NCBI GenBank assembly: GCA_963780675.1 | Contig: CAWACR010000008.1 | Span: forward strand, 77,146 to 141,145 | Length of the DNA: 64,000 bases | Direction: 5' to 3' | Source: an uncultured Actinomycetota bacterium | GTDB lineage: Bacteria > Actinomycetota > Actinomycetes > Actinomycetales > JAHECE01 | Shown here: positions 44,969 through 53,573 of the stretch, piece after piece | Numbering within the stretch: position 1 is the stretch's first letter | Layout of the letters: each line of letters begins with the position of its first letter | The notes under the pieces: generated by a model | Databases searched by the model: none | Seen by the model: the letters and a program-made list of their open reading frames with translations, nothing else | Told to the model about the DNA's origin: nothing | Position numbers and translations under genes: made by a program

Positions 44969-46517
44969 ATGGGCGACGTGACCGAACCGGAGGCGGGGCC
45001 CGACGTCGTCGTCGTCGGCGCCGGGATCGCCGGGCTGGTCCTCGCCCGGGATCTGGCGGCCCGCGGAGCGCGCGTCACGGTCCTCGAGGCGGCGCCGGCC
45101 CCCGGGGGGTGCGTCGCCGCGCACGAGGTGGCGGGCCTGACGCTCGACGCGGGCGCCGAGTCCTTCGCCACCCGCGGCGGCGTCGTCCGCGCACTGGTCG
45201 ACGAGCTCGGCCTGAGCCCCGCCGTCGTCACTCCCGCCCGATCCGGCGCCTGGGTGCACCTCCCCGACCGAACGGTGCCCCTCCCCGCCGCCGGCCTCCT
45301 CGGCATCCCGGGCGACCGCCGCGCGCCCGAGGTGCGCCGCGCCGTCGGCCGCCTCGGGGTCGCCCGGGCCACATTGGACCGGTATCTCCCGGCGCGCGTC
45401 GGCCTCCCGTCCGGACCCACGACCGTGGCGGCCCTCGTCCGCGCGCGGATGGGGCGGCGCGTGCTGGACCGCCTCGTGGGCCCCGTGGTCGCGGGCGTGT
45501 ACTCCACGCCCCCGGACCTCGCGGACCTCGACACGGTCCTGCCCGGGGTGCGCGCCCTGCTCCGCGAGACCGGCTCGCTCGCCGCGGCGGTGACGGGTCA
45601 GCGCGCGGCCGCGCCCGCCGGGTCCGCCGTCGCGGGCCTCGTCGGTGGGATGAACCGCCTGGTCAGCGCCCTCACCGCCGACCTCGCCTCCCGCGGCGTC
45701 GACCTCCGCACGGGCACCGCCGTCGTCGCGCTCACCCGGGAGCCGGCGACGGGGCCGGGACCGGGACCGAGACGCACGGCCGAGTGAGGCCGACGACGGC
45801 GCGTGGCGCCTCGCACTCGCCGGCGGCGGCTCGCTCACGGCCCGTTCCGTGGCGCTCGCCGTGCCGGGGCCGACAGCGGCACGCCTCCTCGGGGCGCTCG
45901 TGCCGCAGGTGAGAGCACTGGCCGACGCGGGCCCCGACGTCGTCCTCGCGACCCTGGTGCTGGACGCCCCGGCGCTCGACGCCGCACCGCGCGGCACGGG
46001 CGTCCTCGTCGCCGAGGGCGCCCCCGGCGTCGGCGCCAAGGCCCTCACCCACGGGACGGCTAAGTGGGCCTGGCTGGCTGAGGCCGCGGGCCCGGGCCGG
46101 CACGTGGTCCGGCTCTCCTACGGCCGGGGCTCCGCCCCTCCGCAGATCGCGAACATGCGGTCAGATCGCGAACATCGGAAGTTCGCGATCCGCCGACATG
46201 TTCGCGATCTGCGGGGTGGGGTCCGCGATCTCGGGGACGAGGAGCTCGCCGCGCAGGCCCTCGCCGACACCGCGATCCTCCTGGGCGTCCGGCTCGTCCC
46301 CGAGCAGGTGGTCGGCTTCGCGCGTACCCGCTGGTCGGGGGCGGTCCCGTCGGCGCGGCCGGGCCGCCGGGACGACGTCGCCCGCCTGCGCGCCGCGCTC
46401 GAGGCCCACCCCGGCCTGTTCGCCACGGGCGCCTGGCTGGCGGGCACCGGCCTGGCCGCCGTCGTCGCGGACGCCCGCGCCCTCGCCGCCCGGCTCCCCC
46501 TCGAGGCACGGGCGTGA
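44969..46517 (+). CDS. hemG: Protoporphyrinogen/coproporphyrinogen III oxidase (HemY-type), frameshift near 45785
   Basis: VVGAGIAGL, DAGAESF, GGMNRL, GTGVLVA, AKALTH..AKW and GAW..GTGL. Located in the heme cluster. Confidence 0.88.
46140..46214. repeat. Palindromic element inside the hemG coding sequence
   Basis: CCGCAGATCGCGAACATG (46140-46157) pairs perfectly with 46197-46214. Inner GATCGCGAAC (46164-46173) pairs with 46181-46190. Confidence 0.88.
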
Positions 46518-46554
46518 GTTCGTGGATGTCGGTGGGTCGGGGCAGACTGCGCGC

Positions 46555-47259
46555 ATGACCTCCCCGTACGACGCGCCGGCCGCCCCCGGCGACGAGCAGC
46601 CCTTCGGCTACGCCCTGTGGGCCGTGCTGCGGCGTCCGACGACGGCGCCTGCCGCCTCCCCCGAAACCTCCCCTCGCCCCTCCCTCGCCGAGGCGATCGC
46701 CGGCCTCCCGGCCGACGTCACCCTCCGCGGCCTCTACGACGTCTCCGGCCTGCGCGCCGACGCCGACCTGCTGCTCTGGCTCCACGGCCCCACGGCCGAG
46801 GGGCTTCAGGCCGCCCTGCGCACGCTCCGCCGCAGCGCCGAGCTCGCTCCCCTCGCGCCGACGTGGAACGCCATGGGCGTGCACCGCCCCGCGGAGTTCA
46901 GCGCGAGCCACGTGCCGGCCTTCCTGCGCGACACCGAGCCCCTGGCCTGGCTGACGATCTACCCGTTCGTGCGCTCCTACGAGTGGTACCTGCTGCCGGA
47001 GGAGGAGCGCCGCGCGATGCTCGGCGAGCACGGGCGCAAGGGCCGGGAGTACCCGCAGGTGCAGTCGAACACGGTGGCGTCCTTCGCCCTCGGCGACTAC
47101 GAGTGGCTGCTCGCACTGGAGGCCGACGACGTCGTCGAGCTCGTCGACCTCATGCGTCACCTCCGCGACACGCAGGCGAGGCGCCACGTGCGCGAGGAGA
47201 TCCCGTTCTTCACCGGCCGGCTGATCGGTCTGGACGAGGTCGCGGAGGTGCTCGCGTGA
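46555..47259 (+). CDS. hemQ: Coproheme decarboxylase (hydrogen peroxide-dependent heme synthase)
   Basis: [37 protein letters not shown] and RRHVREE.PFFTG. Confidence 0.93.
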   Translation: MTSPYDAPAAPGDEQPFGYALWAVLRRPTTAPAASPETSPRPSLAEAIAGLPADVTLRGLYDVSGLRADADLLLWLHGPTAEGLQAALRTLRRSAELAPLAPTWNAMGVHRPAEFSASHVPAFLRDTEPLAWLTIYPFVRSYEWYLLPEEERRAMLGEHGRKGREYPQVQSNTVASFALGDYEWLLALEADDVVELVDLMRHLRDTQARRHVREEIPFFTGRLIGLDEVAEVLA

Positions 47260-48425
47260 GCCTGGTTGTCGACCCCACCACCCTGCCCGACCGCGATCCG
47301 CAGGCCCCCGCGGCCTACGACGCGCTGCTGCTCGTCTCCTTCGGCGGACCCGAGGGCCAGGACGACGTCATGCCGTTCCTGCGCAACGTCACCCGCGGCC
47401 GCGGCATCCCCGACGAGCGGCTCGAGGAGGTCGCCCACCACTACCGGGCCTTCGGCGGGGTGAGCCCGATCAACGCGCAGAACCGCGCGCTCAAGGCCGC
47501 GCTCGAGGCCGAGCTCGCCGCGCGCGGCATCGACCTGCCCGTGCTGTGGGGCAACCGGAACTGGGACCCGTACCTCGCCGACGCGCTCAGCGAGGCGCAC
47601 GCCGCGGCCACCGGCGCCTGCTCGCGATCGTGACCAGCGCGTACTCGTCCTACTCGGGCTGCCGGCAGTACCGGGAGGACCTCGCGGGGGCGCTGGAGGC
47701 GACCGGCCTCGCCGGCGAGATCGGCATCGACAAGGTGCGCCAGTTCTTCGACCACCCCGGCTTCGTCACCCCGTTCGTCGAGGGGGTGCGGGACGCACTG
47801 GTCCGCACGCGCGACGCGCTGGCCGGCGTCGACCTGGGGCGCGAGGTGCGGGTGCTGTTCGCGACGCACTCGATCCCGACGTCCGACGGCGGTCACCTCC
47901 GGCCCGCCCGGCGCGGTCCTCGGGCCCGACGGCGCGTACGCCGCCCAGCACCGCGCCGTCGCCGGGGTGGTCATGGAGAGCCTGGAGGCGGAGCTCGGGG
48001 CCGTGCCGTGGGAGCTCGTCTACCAGTCGCGCAGCGGGGCACCGCACATCCCGTGGCTCGAGCCCGACGTCAACGACGCGATCGTGGCGGCCGCCGGCGA
48101 GGGCGTCCGGGCCGTCGTCATCGTGCCGCTCGGCTTCGTGAGCGACCACATGGAGGTCCTGTGGGACCTCGACGAGGAGGCGCTCGCGACGGCGCGGGAG
48201 GCGGGGCTCCACGCCGAGCGCGTCCCGACGCCCGGGGTGCACCCCGCGTACGTCACCGGGTTGGTCGACCTCGTCAGCGAACGGGTGGCGGGGCCGGTCG
48301 GGGCAGCGCTGTGCGCCGACCGGCCGGCCCTCACCGCGCTCGGCCCGTGGTACGACGTCTGCCGGCCGGGCTGCTGCCCGAATCCGCGTGCAGCGAAGCC
48401 GGCGGTCGCGGGGCTGGACGGGTAG
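47256..48425 (+). CDS. hemH: Ferrochelatase (coproporphyrin ferrochelatase), frameshifts near 47605 and 47890
   Basis: [56 protein letters not shown] and C-terminal C...CC. Confidence 0.92.
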
Positions 48426-48503
48426 ATCGCGGCCCGCTTCGGCTCGGCCACGGACTTGCGTGCCGCCGTCGGCGCGCTGGCCGACCTCGTCTACGCGGCC
48501 TGA
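48426..48503 (+). pseudogene. hsdR: C-terminal remnant of a type I restriction subunit HsdR (EcoEI_R_C-like tail)
   Basis: Translates to IAARFGSATDLRAAVGALADLVYAA-stop, resembling the IA..FG....L..A...L...LYAA end of EcoAI/EcoEI-type HsdR. Lies directly upstream of abiE-hsdM-hsdS. Confidence 0.65.
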
Positions 48504-48574
48504 TCCTCAATCGAATCTTGAGTTTCAGTACCCGCGTCCGACCACAACTCTAGTTTCGCTGTAGGATCGGCAGC

Positions 48575-49171
48575 GTGCCCGTGGACCGCCGAGACCTCCG
48601 ACGGCGCCTGTTCACCGTAGCCGCGACCCAAGGCGGGTACTTCACCGCCGCGCAGGCCAAGGACGTCGGGTACTCCTACCAGGCGCAGGCCCACCACGTC
48701 GCGGCGGGGAACTGGCACCGCATCGACCGCGGCCTGTTCCGCCTCGCCGAGTGGGTGCCCGACCTCCACGACGACCTCATCCGCTGGACGCTGTGGTCCA
48801 GGGGCCGCGCCGTCGTCTCGCACGAGACGGCGCTCGGCGTGCACGGCATCGGCGAGCTCGAGTCGCCGCGCGTGCACCTGACCGTGCCGCCCGACTTCAC
48901 CATGCGGGACGACGCCGTCGCCCTCCACCGCGCCGACCTGCCGGCGAGCGACGTCGCCGATCACGGCGGGTTCCGCGTCACCACGGTGCTCCGCTCGCTC
49001 ATCGACGTCGCGGCCGCGGGGGTGGACGAGGACCAGCTGGCGCGCGCGATCGCCGAGGCGCGTGACGCCGGCCGGATCACCCTCCGCAGCCTGCGCAGTC
49101 GCGCGGAGGCGGTCGACCTGACGGCCGCCCTGCGCATCGAACGCGCCCTGCCTCTGGTCGGTGAGCGATGA
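48575..49171 (+). CDS. Type IV toxin-antitoxin AbiEi family antitoxin
   Basis: AATQGGYFTAAQA, GNWHRIDRGLFRL, VSHETAL..HG and RVTT..RSLID. TAGGAT lies 7 nt before GTG (leaderless). Confidence 0.88.
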   Translation: MPVDRRDLRRRLFTVAATQGGYFTAAQAKDVGYSYQAQAHHVAAGNWHRIDRGLFRLAEWVPDLHDDLIRWTLWSRGRAVVSHETALGVHGIGELESPRVHLTVPPDFTMRDDAVALHRADLPASDVADHGGFRVTTVLRSLIDVAAAGVDEDQLARAIAEARDAGRITLRSLRSRAEAVDLTAALRIERALPLVGER

Positions 49172-50031
49172 CGTAGACCACGTCGAGAGCGTTGCGGATG
49201 GCTCTGGAGCAGCGGCTGGCCGCTCAGGCCCAGCACTCCGGGCTCCCCCTGGACCGGCTCCGCCGACGGGTGATCGTCGAGCGGATCGTCGCCCGCCTCC
49301 ATGCCGCCGAGCCCGGCCGGTGGGTCCTCAAGGGAGGAATGGCGCTGGAGGTCCGCCTCCGCGACTCCGCGCGGCTGACCAAGGACATCGACCTGGGCCT
49401 GCGTGAGGCGATCGAGCACGCCGACGACCTGCACGATCGCCTCACGTCCGCGCTGGGGGCGGACCCCTACGCCGATTCGTTCGTCTTCGCGGTGGGCCCG
49501 GTCTCGGACCTGATGGCCGACGGCGCCGGTCACCTCACGTGGCGAGCGGCGGTCAGGGCGGACCTCGGGGGGAAGCCCTTCGGCGGCGTACGCCTCGACG
49601 TCTCGCCGCGAGCGCACGAGCTGGACCGCACCGACGTCGTCCCGCTCCCGAACTCGCTTGCGTTCGCGGGGATCACCGCGCCGGAGATCGAGGTCGTCGA
49701 CGTGAACCGGCACGCCGCGGAAAAGCTCCACGCCATGTCGCGTGACGTCGGGACCCGGGAGAACTCCCGCGTCCGCGACCTGGTCGACCTGGTCATCCTG
49801 CTCGACCACGGCCTGCTCGACGTCGCGGCGGTGCGCGGCGCCGTCGTCGACGTCTGGCAGGAGCGCGACGGAGCCGCTCCGCCGACGGCGCTGCCCGCCC
49901 TCCCCGAGGGCTGGGCCGAGACGTACGAGCGCCTCGCGCACGAGCACGACCTGACCGCCGCATCGTTCCCCGCTGCCCTCGCCGTGGCGACGACGCTGTG
50001 GGCCCGCATGGCCGACCCCGAGGAGACCTGA
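49168..50031 (+). CDS. AbiEii/AbiGii nucleotidyltransferase toxin; in-frame TAG at codon 3 of the coupled start
   Basis: WVLKGGMAL, RLTKDIDL, AEKLHA and SRVRDLVDL. ATG 49168 overlaps the antitoxin stop. Open from TTG 49192 or ATG 49198. Confidence 0.88.
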
Positions 50032-50033
50032 GC

Positions 50034-51506
50034 ATGGCTCGAACCACCGGGACCGCCCCGACCTCCACTCGGGCTCGCCTCACCTCGGTCATCAAGAGCG
50101 CGCGGGACTCGATGCGCAAGGACGCCGGCCTCAACGGCGACCTCGACCGCATCCCGCAGCTCGCGTGGCTGCTGTTCCTGCGCGCCTTCGACGGGCTGGA
50201 GGAGAACCGCGAGATCACCGAGCCCGACTACCGGCCCGCGATCGAGGCGCCGTACCGGTGGCGCGACTGGGCGGCCGACCCGAACGGCGCCACGGGGCAG
50301 GGCCTGCTCACGTTCGTCGAGGCCAGCCTCCTGCCGTACCTGCGAGGCCTCACCGGCACCGGACCGCACGACCCCCGCGACGTGCTCGCCGCCGTCTTCA
50401 AGGAGACGAACAACCGGATGCTCTCCGGGTACCTCCTGCGCGACGTCATCAACAAGGTCAACGAGATCAACTTTGCCTCGTCCGACGACATCCACACCAT
50501 GGCGCACCTCTACGAGTCGATGCTCCGGGAGATGCGCGACGCCGCGGGCCACTCCGGCGAGTTCTACACCCCGAGGCCCGTCATCCGGTTCATGGTGCAG
50601 CAGGTGGCGCCGAGACTCGGCGAGGTGATCCTCGACCCGGCGTGCGGCACCGGAGGGTTCCTGGTCGAGGCCCTGCAGGAGCTCGAGCCCGCCGTCGAGA
50701 CCACGCAGCAGCGCCGGAGGTTGCACGAGCACCTGCGCGGGACCGAGAAGAAGCCGCTGCCGTACCTCCTCGGGATGATGAACCTTGTGCTGCACGGCGT
50801 CGGGCAGCCGGGGATCGTCCGGGGCAACTCCCTGGCCAAGCCGATCACGCAGATCTCGCGCTCCGAGCGGGTGGACGTGGTGCTCACCAACCCGCCGTTC
50901 GGGGGGGAGGAAGAGAAGAGCATCCAGGCCAACTTCCCCGCCGACAAGCAGACCGCCGAGACCGCCTGGCTGTTCCTGCAGCTCGTCATCCGGCAGCTCA
51001 AGGACCGTGGACGATGCGCCATGGTCGTGCCGAACGACCTGCTGTTCGGCGACGGGGTCGGCGCGAAGATCAAGCAGCAGCTCCTCACCGAGTGCAACCT
51101 CCACACGGTGGTCCGGCTGCCCGACGGCGTGTTCGAGCCCTACACCGCCATCCCCTCGAACCTGCTCTTCTTCACCAAGGGCGAGCGGACCTCGGAGGTG
51201 TGGTTCTACCAGGTGCCCCCGCCGGAGGGCCGGAAGAAGTACTCCAAGACCAAGCCGATGCGGTTCGAGGAGTTCGCCGCCTGCCAGGCCTGGTGGACCG
51301 CGCGCCAGGAGGACGAGCACGCCTGGCGCGTCCCGGTCGCGGACATCGAGGCGGGCGGCTGGAACCTCGACCTGCGCAACCCCCACCGCCCCGACGACCT
51401 GGCCCACCGCCCACCCGCCGAGCTGCTCGCCGAGCTCGTGGCGACCGAGCGGGAGATCCTGGCGCTGCTCGAGCAGCTGCAGGCCGAGGTCGGGGGAACG
51501 GCGTGA
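50034..51506 (+). CDS. hsdM: Type I restriction-modification N6-adenine methyltransferase subunit M
   Basis: MRKDAGLNGD, GEFYTPRP, DPACGTGGFL (motif I) and NPPFGG (motif IV). Confidence 0.93.
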   Translation: MARTTGTAPTSTRARLTSVIKSARDSMRKDAGLNGDLDRIPQLAWLLFLRAFDGLEENREITEPDYRPAIEAPYRWRDWAADPNGATGQGLLTFVEASLLPYLRGLTGTGPHDPRDVLAAVFKETNNRMLSGYLLRDVINKVNEINFASSDDIHTMAHLYESMLREMRDAAGHSGEFYTPRPVIRFMVQQVAPRLGEVILDPACGTGGFLVEALQELEPAVETTQQRRRLHEHLRGTEKKPLPYLLGMMNLVLHGVGQPGIVRGNSLAKPITQISRSERVDVVLTNPPFGGEEEKSIQANFPADKQTAETAWLFLQLVIRQLKDRGRCAMVVPNDLLFGDGVGAKIKQQLLTECNLHTVVRLPDGVFEPYTAIPSNLLFFTKGERTSEVWFYQVPPPEGRKKYSKTKPMRFEEFAACQAWWTARQEDEHAWRVPVADIEAGGWNLDLRNPHRPDDLAHRPPAELLAELVATEREILALLEQLQAEVGGTA

Positions 51507-52660
51507 GCGTCGATCGCGTGCGGGTGGGGGACGTGCTCGCTCTCCAACGCAGGTCGGTCGACGTCGATCCGCTCGCCGAGTACATCGAGATCGGAGTCCG
51601 CTCTTTCGGCAAGGGCGTCTTCCACAAGGAGCCCATCACCGGAGCTGACCTCGGCGCCAAGCGTGTCTTCCGCATCGAACCCGGCGACCTCGTGATCAGC
51701 AACGTGTTCGCCTGGGAGGGCGCCGTCGCACTTGCGACCCAAGCGGAGCGAGGAACCATCGGCTCCCACCGGTTCATGACCTTCACGCCTACGAGCGATG
51801 CGATCGACTCAGCGTGGGCGTCGTGGTTCTTCCGGAGCGAGCCCGGTCTGGAGCGAATCCGGAAGGCGCCTCCCGGCTCGGCGGGCCGCAACCGCACGCT
51901 CGCCATCGAGCGGTTCGAGAACCTCATCATCCCGCTCCCCCCGATCGAGGAGCAGCGCCGAATCGCCGCGCACCTGGACGTGACGAGGGCCCGCTCTGAT
52001 CGTCTCTCCGGGATCTTCGATGATCACCCCTCGGACGGACTGGTTCGGCGCCTACCCGATCTCACCGATGCCGTTCTTGACCTGCACGCTCACGACCGTG
52101 CGAGGGTCGGCGAACTGGCGGACTTCGTGTCGGACACCGTGCATCCCGGTGACGATCCCTCACCGGCGGATCGATTCATCGGCCTCCAACACGTCGCGAG
52201 CCATACGGGTCTGCGAGTAGGCAGCGACGCGCTCGGGCCGATGAAGGGCCGCAAGTTCCGGTTCCGTCCGGGCGACGTCCTGTACGGCTACCTCCGGCCC
52301 TACCTCAACAAGGTCTGGGTCGCCGACTGCGACGGGCTCTGCTCCGTCGACCAGTACGTCCTCCGGCCGCACCCCGGCGTGAACAGCGACGTCCTAGGCC
52401 ATGCGCTGCGCGGGCGTCGGGTGCTGACTGCGGCCGTTGACCTGACCCACAGCCTGCAGCTCCCGCGTCTCCGGTCCGGGCTTCTGGCCGCCCTCGAGGT
52501 CCCGACGGTCGAGCCGTTCGTGGCGGAACGTGTGGCGACTCGCCTCTCGACCGTCCGCGATCTCATGGTCGACATGGCCCGCGCCCGGACTCACCAGAGG
52601 GAGCTGGTCTCTGCGCTCCTTCCCTCCGCGATGAACCAGGCGTTCGCCGACCTCACCTGA
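51503..52660 (+). CDS. hsdS: Type I restriction-modification specificity subunit S
   Basis: Two TRD-like halves, IPLPPIEEQRRIAA.LD, GDVLYGYLRPYLNKV and LLPSAMNQAF end. GTGA overlap with hsdM. Confidence 0.88.
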   Translation: MSVDRVRVGDVLALQRRSVDVDPLAEYIEIGVRSFGKGVFHKEPITGADLGAKRVFRIEPGDLVISNVFAWEGAVALATQAERGTIGSHRFMTFTPTSDAIDSAWASWFFRSEPGLERIRKAPPGSAGRNRTLAIERFENLIIPLPPIEEQRRIAAHLDVTRARSDRLSGIFDDHPSDGLVRRLPDLTDAVLDLHAHDRARVGELADFVSDTVHPGDDPSPADRFIGLQHVASHTGLRVGSDALGPMKGRKFRFRPGDVLYGYLRPYLNKVWVADCDGLCSVDQYVLRPHPGVNSDVLGHALRGRRVLTAAVDLTHSLQLPRLRSGLLAALEVPTVEPFVAERVATRLSTVRDLMVDMARARTHQRELVSALLPSAMNQAFADLT

Positions 52661-53316
52661 CCTCGGCCCACGCCCCGCCCGCGACCACCACGTGGCCGAG
52701 GAACCGCAGTCAAACCACGCCCGCAGCGGCGCGGAGGTCGGCGGTGGCACGCCGGTCGGCCTCGCCCGGTTCGACGTCGCCGGACGGATGGTTGCGCGCG
52801 ACGGCGAACGCCCGCCCGTCGTGACGAAGCACGGCGTTGAGCACCTCGCGGACGGCGAGCGGCGCCCGGTCGATCGACCCCTCGGCCACGGTGACGGTCC
52901 GCCGGAGCCGGTTCGCGCCGTCGGCCACGAGCACCACGACGCGCTCGCGCCGCAGCCCGGCCAGCGCGCCGCTCGCCACCCGGGCGACGTCCTCGGGACG
53001 CCGCAGCCGAACGGGGGCGGCGCCGTCGTCGACGGTCCTCCGGCCGAGCTCGAAGGCAGCCACGAGCGCCGTCGCCTTGGCGTCGCCGATCCCGGTGCGC
53101 GTGGCGAGCTCCTCGGGCCGCGCGGAGGCGAGGGCGCGGAGGCCGCCGAACTCGGCGAGGAGGTCGGCGGCGAGGTCGAGCGCGCTGGCGCCGCGCGTGC
53201 CGTTCCGCACGAGGAGGGCGATGAGCTCACGCTCCGTGAGCGCCCCGGCCCCCCGCGCGATCAGGCGCCCCCCGCGGCCGCTCATGGGCCGGGACCTGCG
53301 CCATCGAGACGGGCAT
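52653..53316 (-). pseudogene. radC: RadC/JAB domain protein, disrupted
   Basis: ERPR..L...GA.AL...EL.ALL start with a +1 frameshift in a G6 run near 53270; GIGDAKA HhH; JAB motif reads RNHPSG; in-frame TGA at 52710 followed by LRFLGHVVV. Confidence 0.8.
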
Positions 53317-53485
53317 GTGCGGACCTCCGCCGTGAGCCTAGGTCGGGACCTGGTGACCCGCAGCGGGCGTCCACAGGACCCCTGAGATGCGACGGCGGAC
53401 CGTGAACAGCGCGACTGCGGGTGGACGCCGCGCGCAGGCCCACGCGAGGGAGCGGCGCCCGACCCCCCAGCCCACGCCCCGGCTC

Positions 53486-53551
53486 TCCACAGCCCACGGA
53501 TTCCGAATGCGGATGTCGGACATCCGCGGTAGGCTTCGTACAGTTGTTCGA
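53486..53551 (+). promoter_or_regulatory. DNA-damage promoter: RecA-NDp/PafBC-like TGTCGG-N10-TAGGCT followed by a LexA SOS box, with upstream TCCACAG
   Basis: TGTCGG at 53514-53519, TAGGCT at 53530-53535, TCGTAC-AGTT-GTTCGA at 53536-53551. Confidence 0.8.
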
Positions 53552-53573
53552 GTCGACGTGGAGGGATGGTCCG

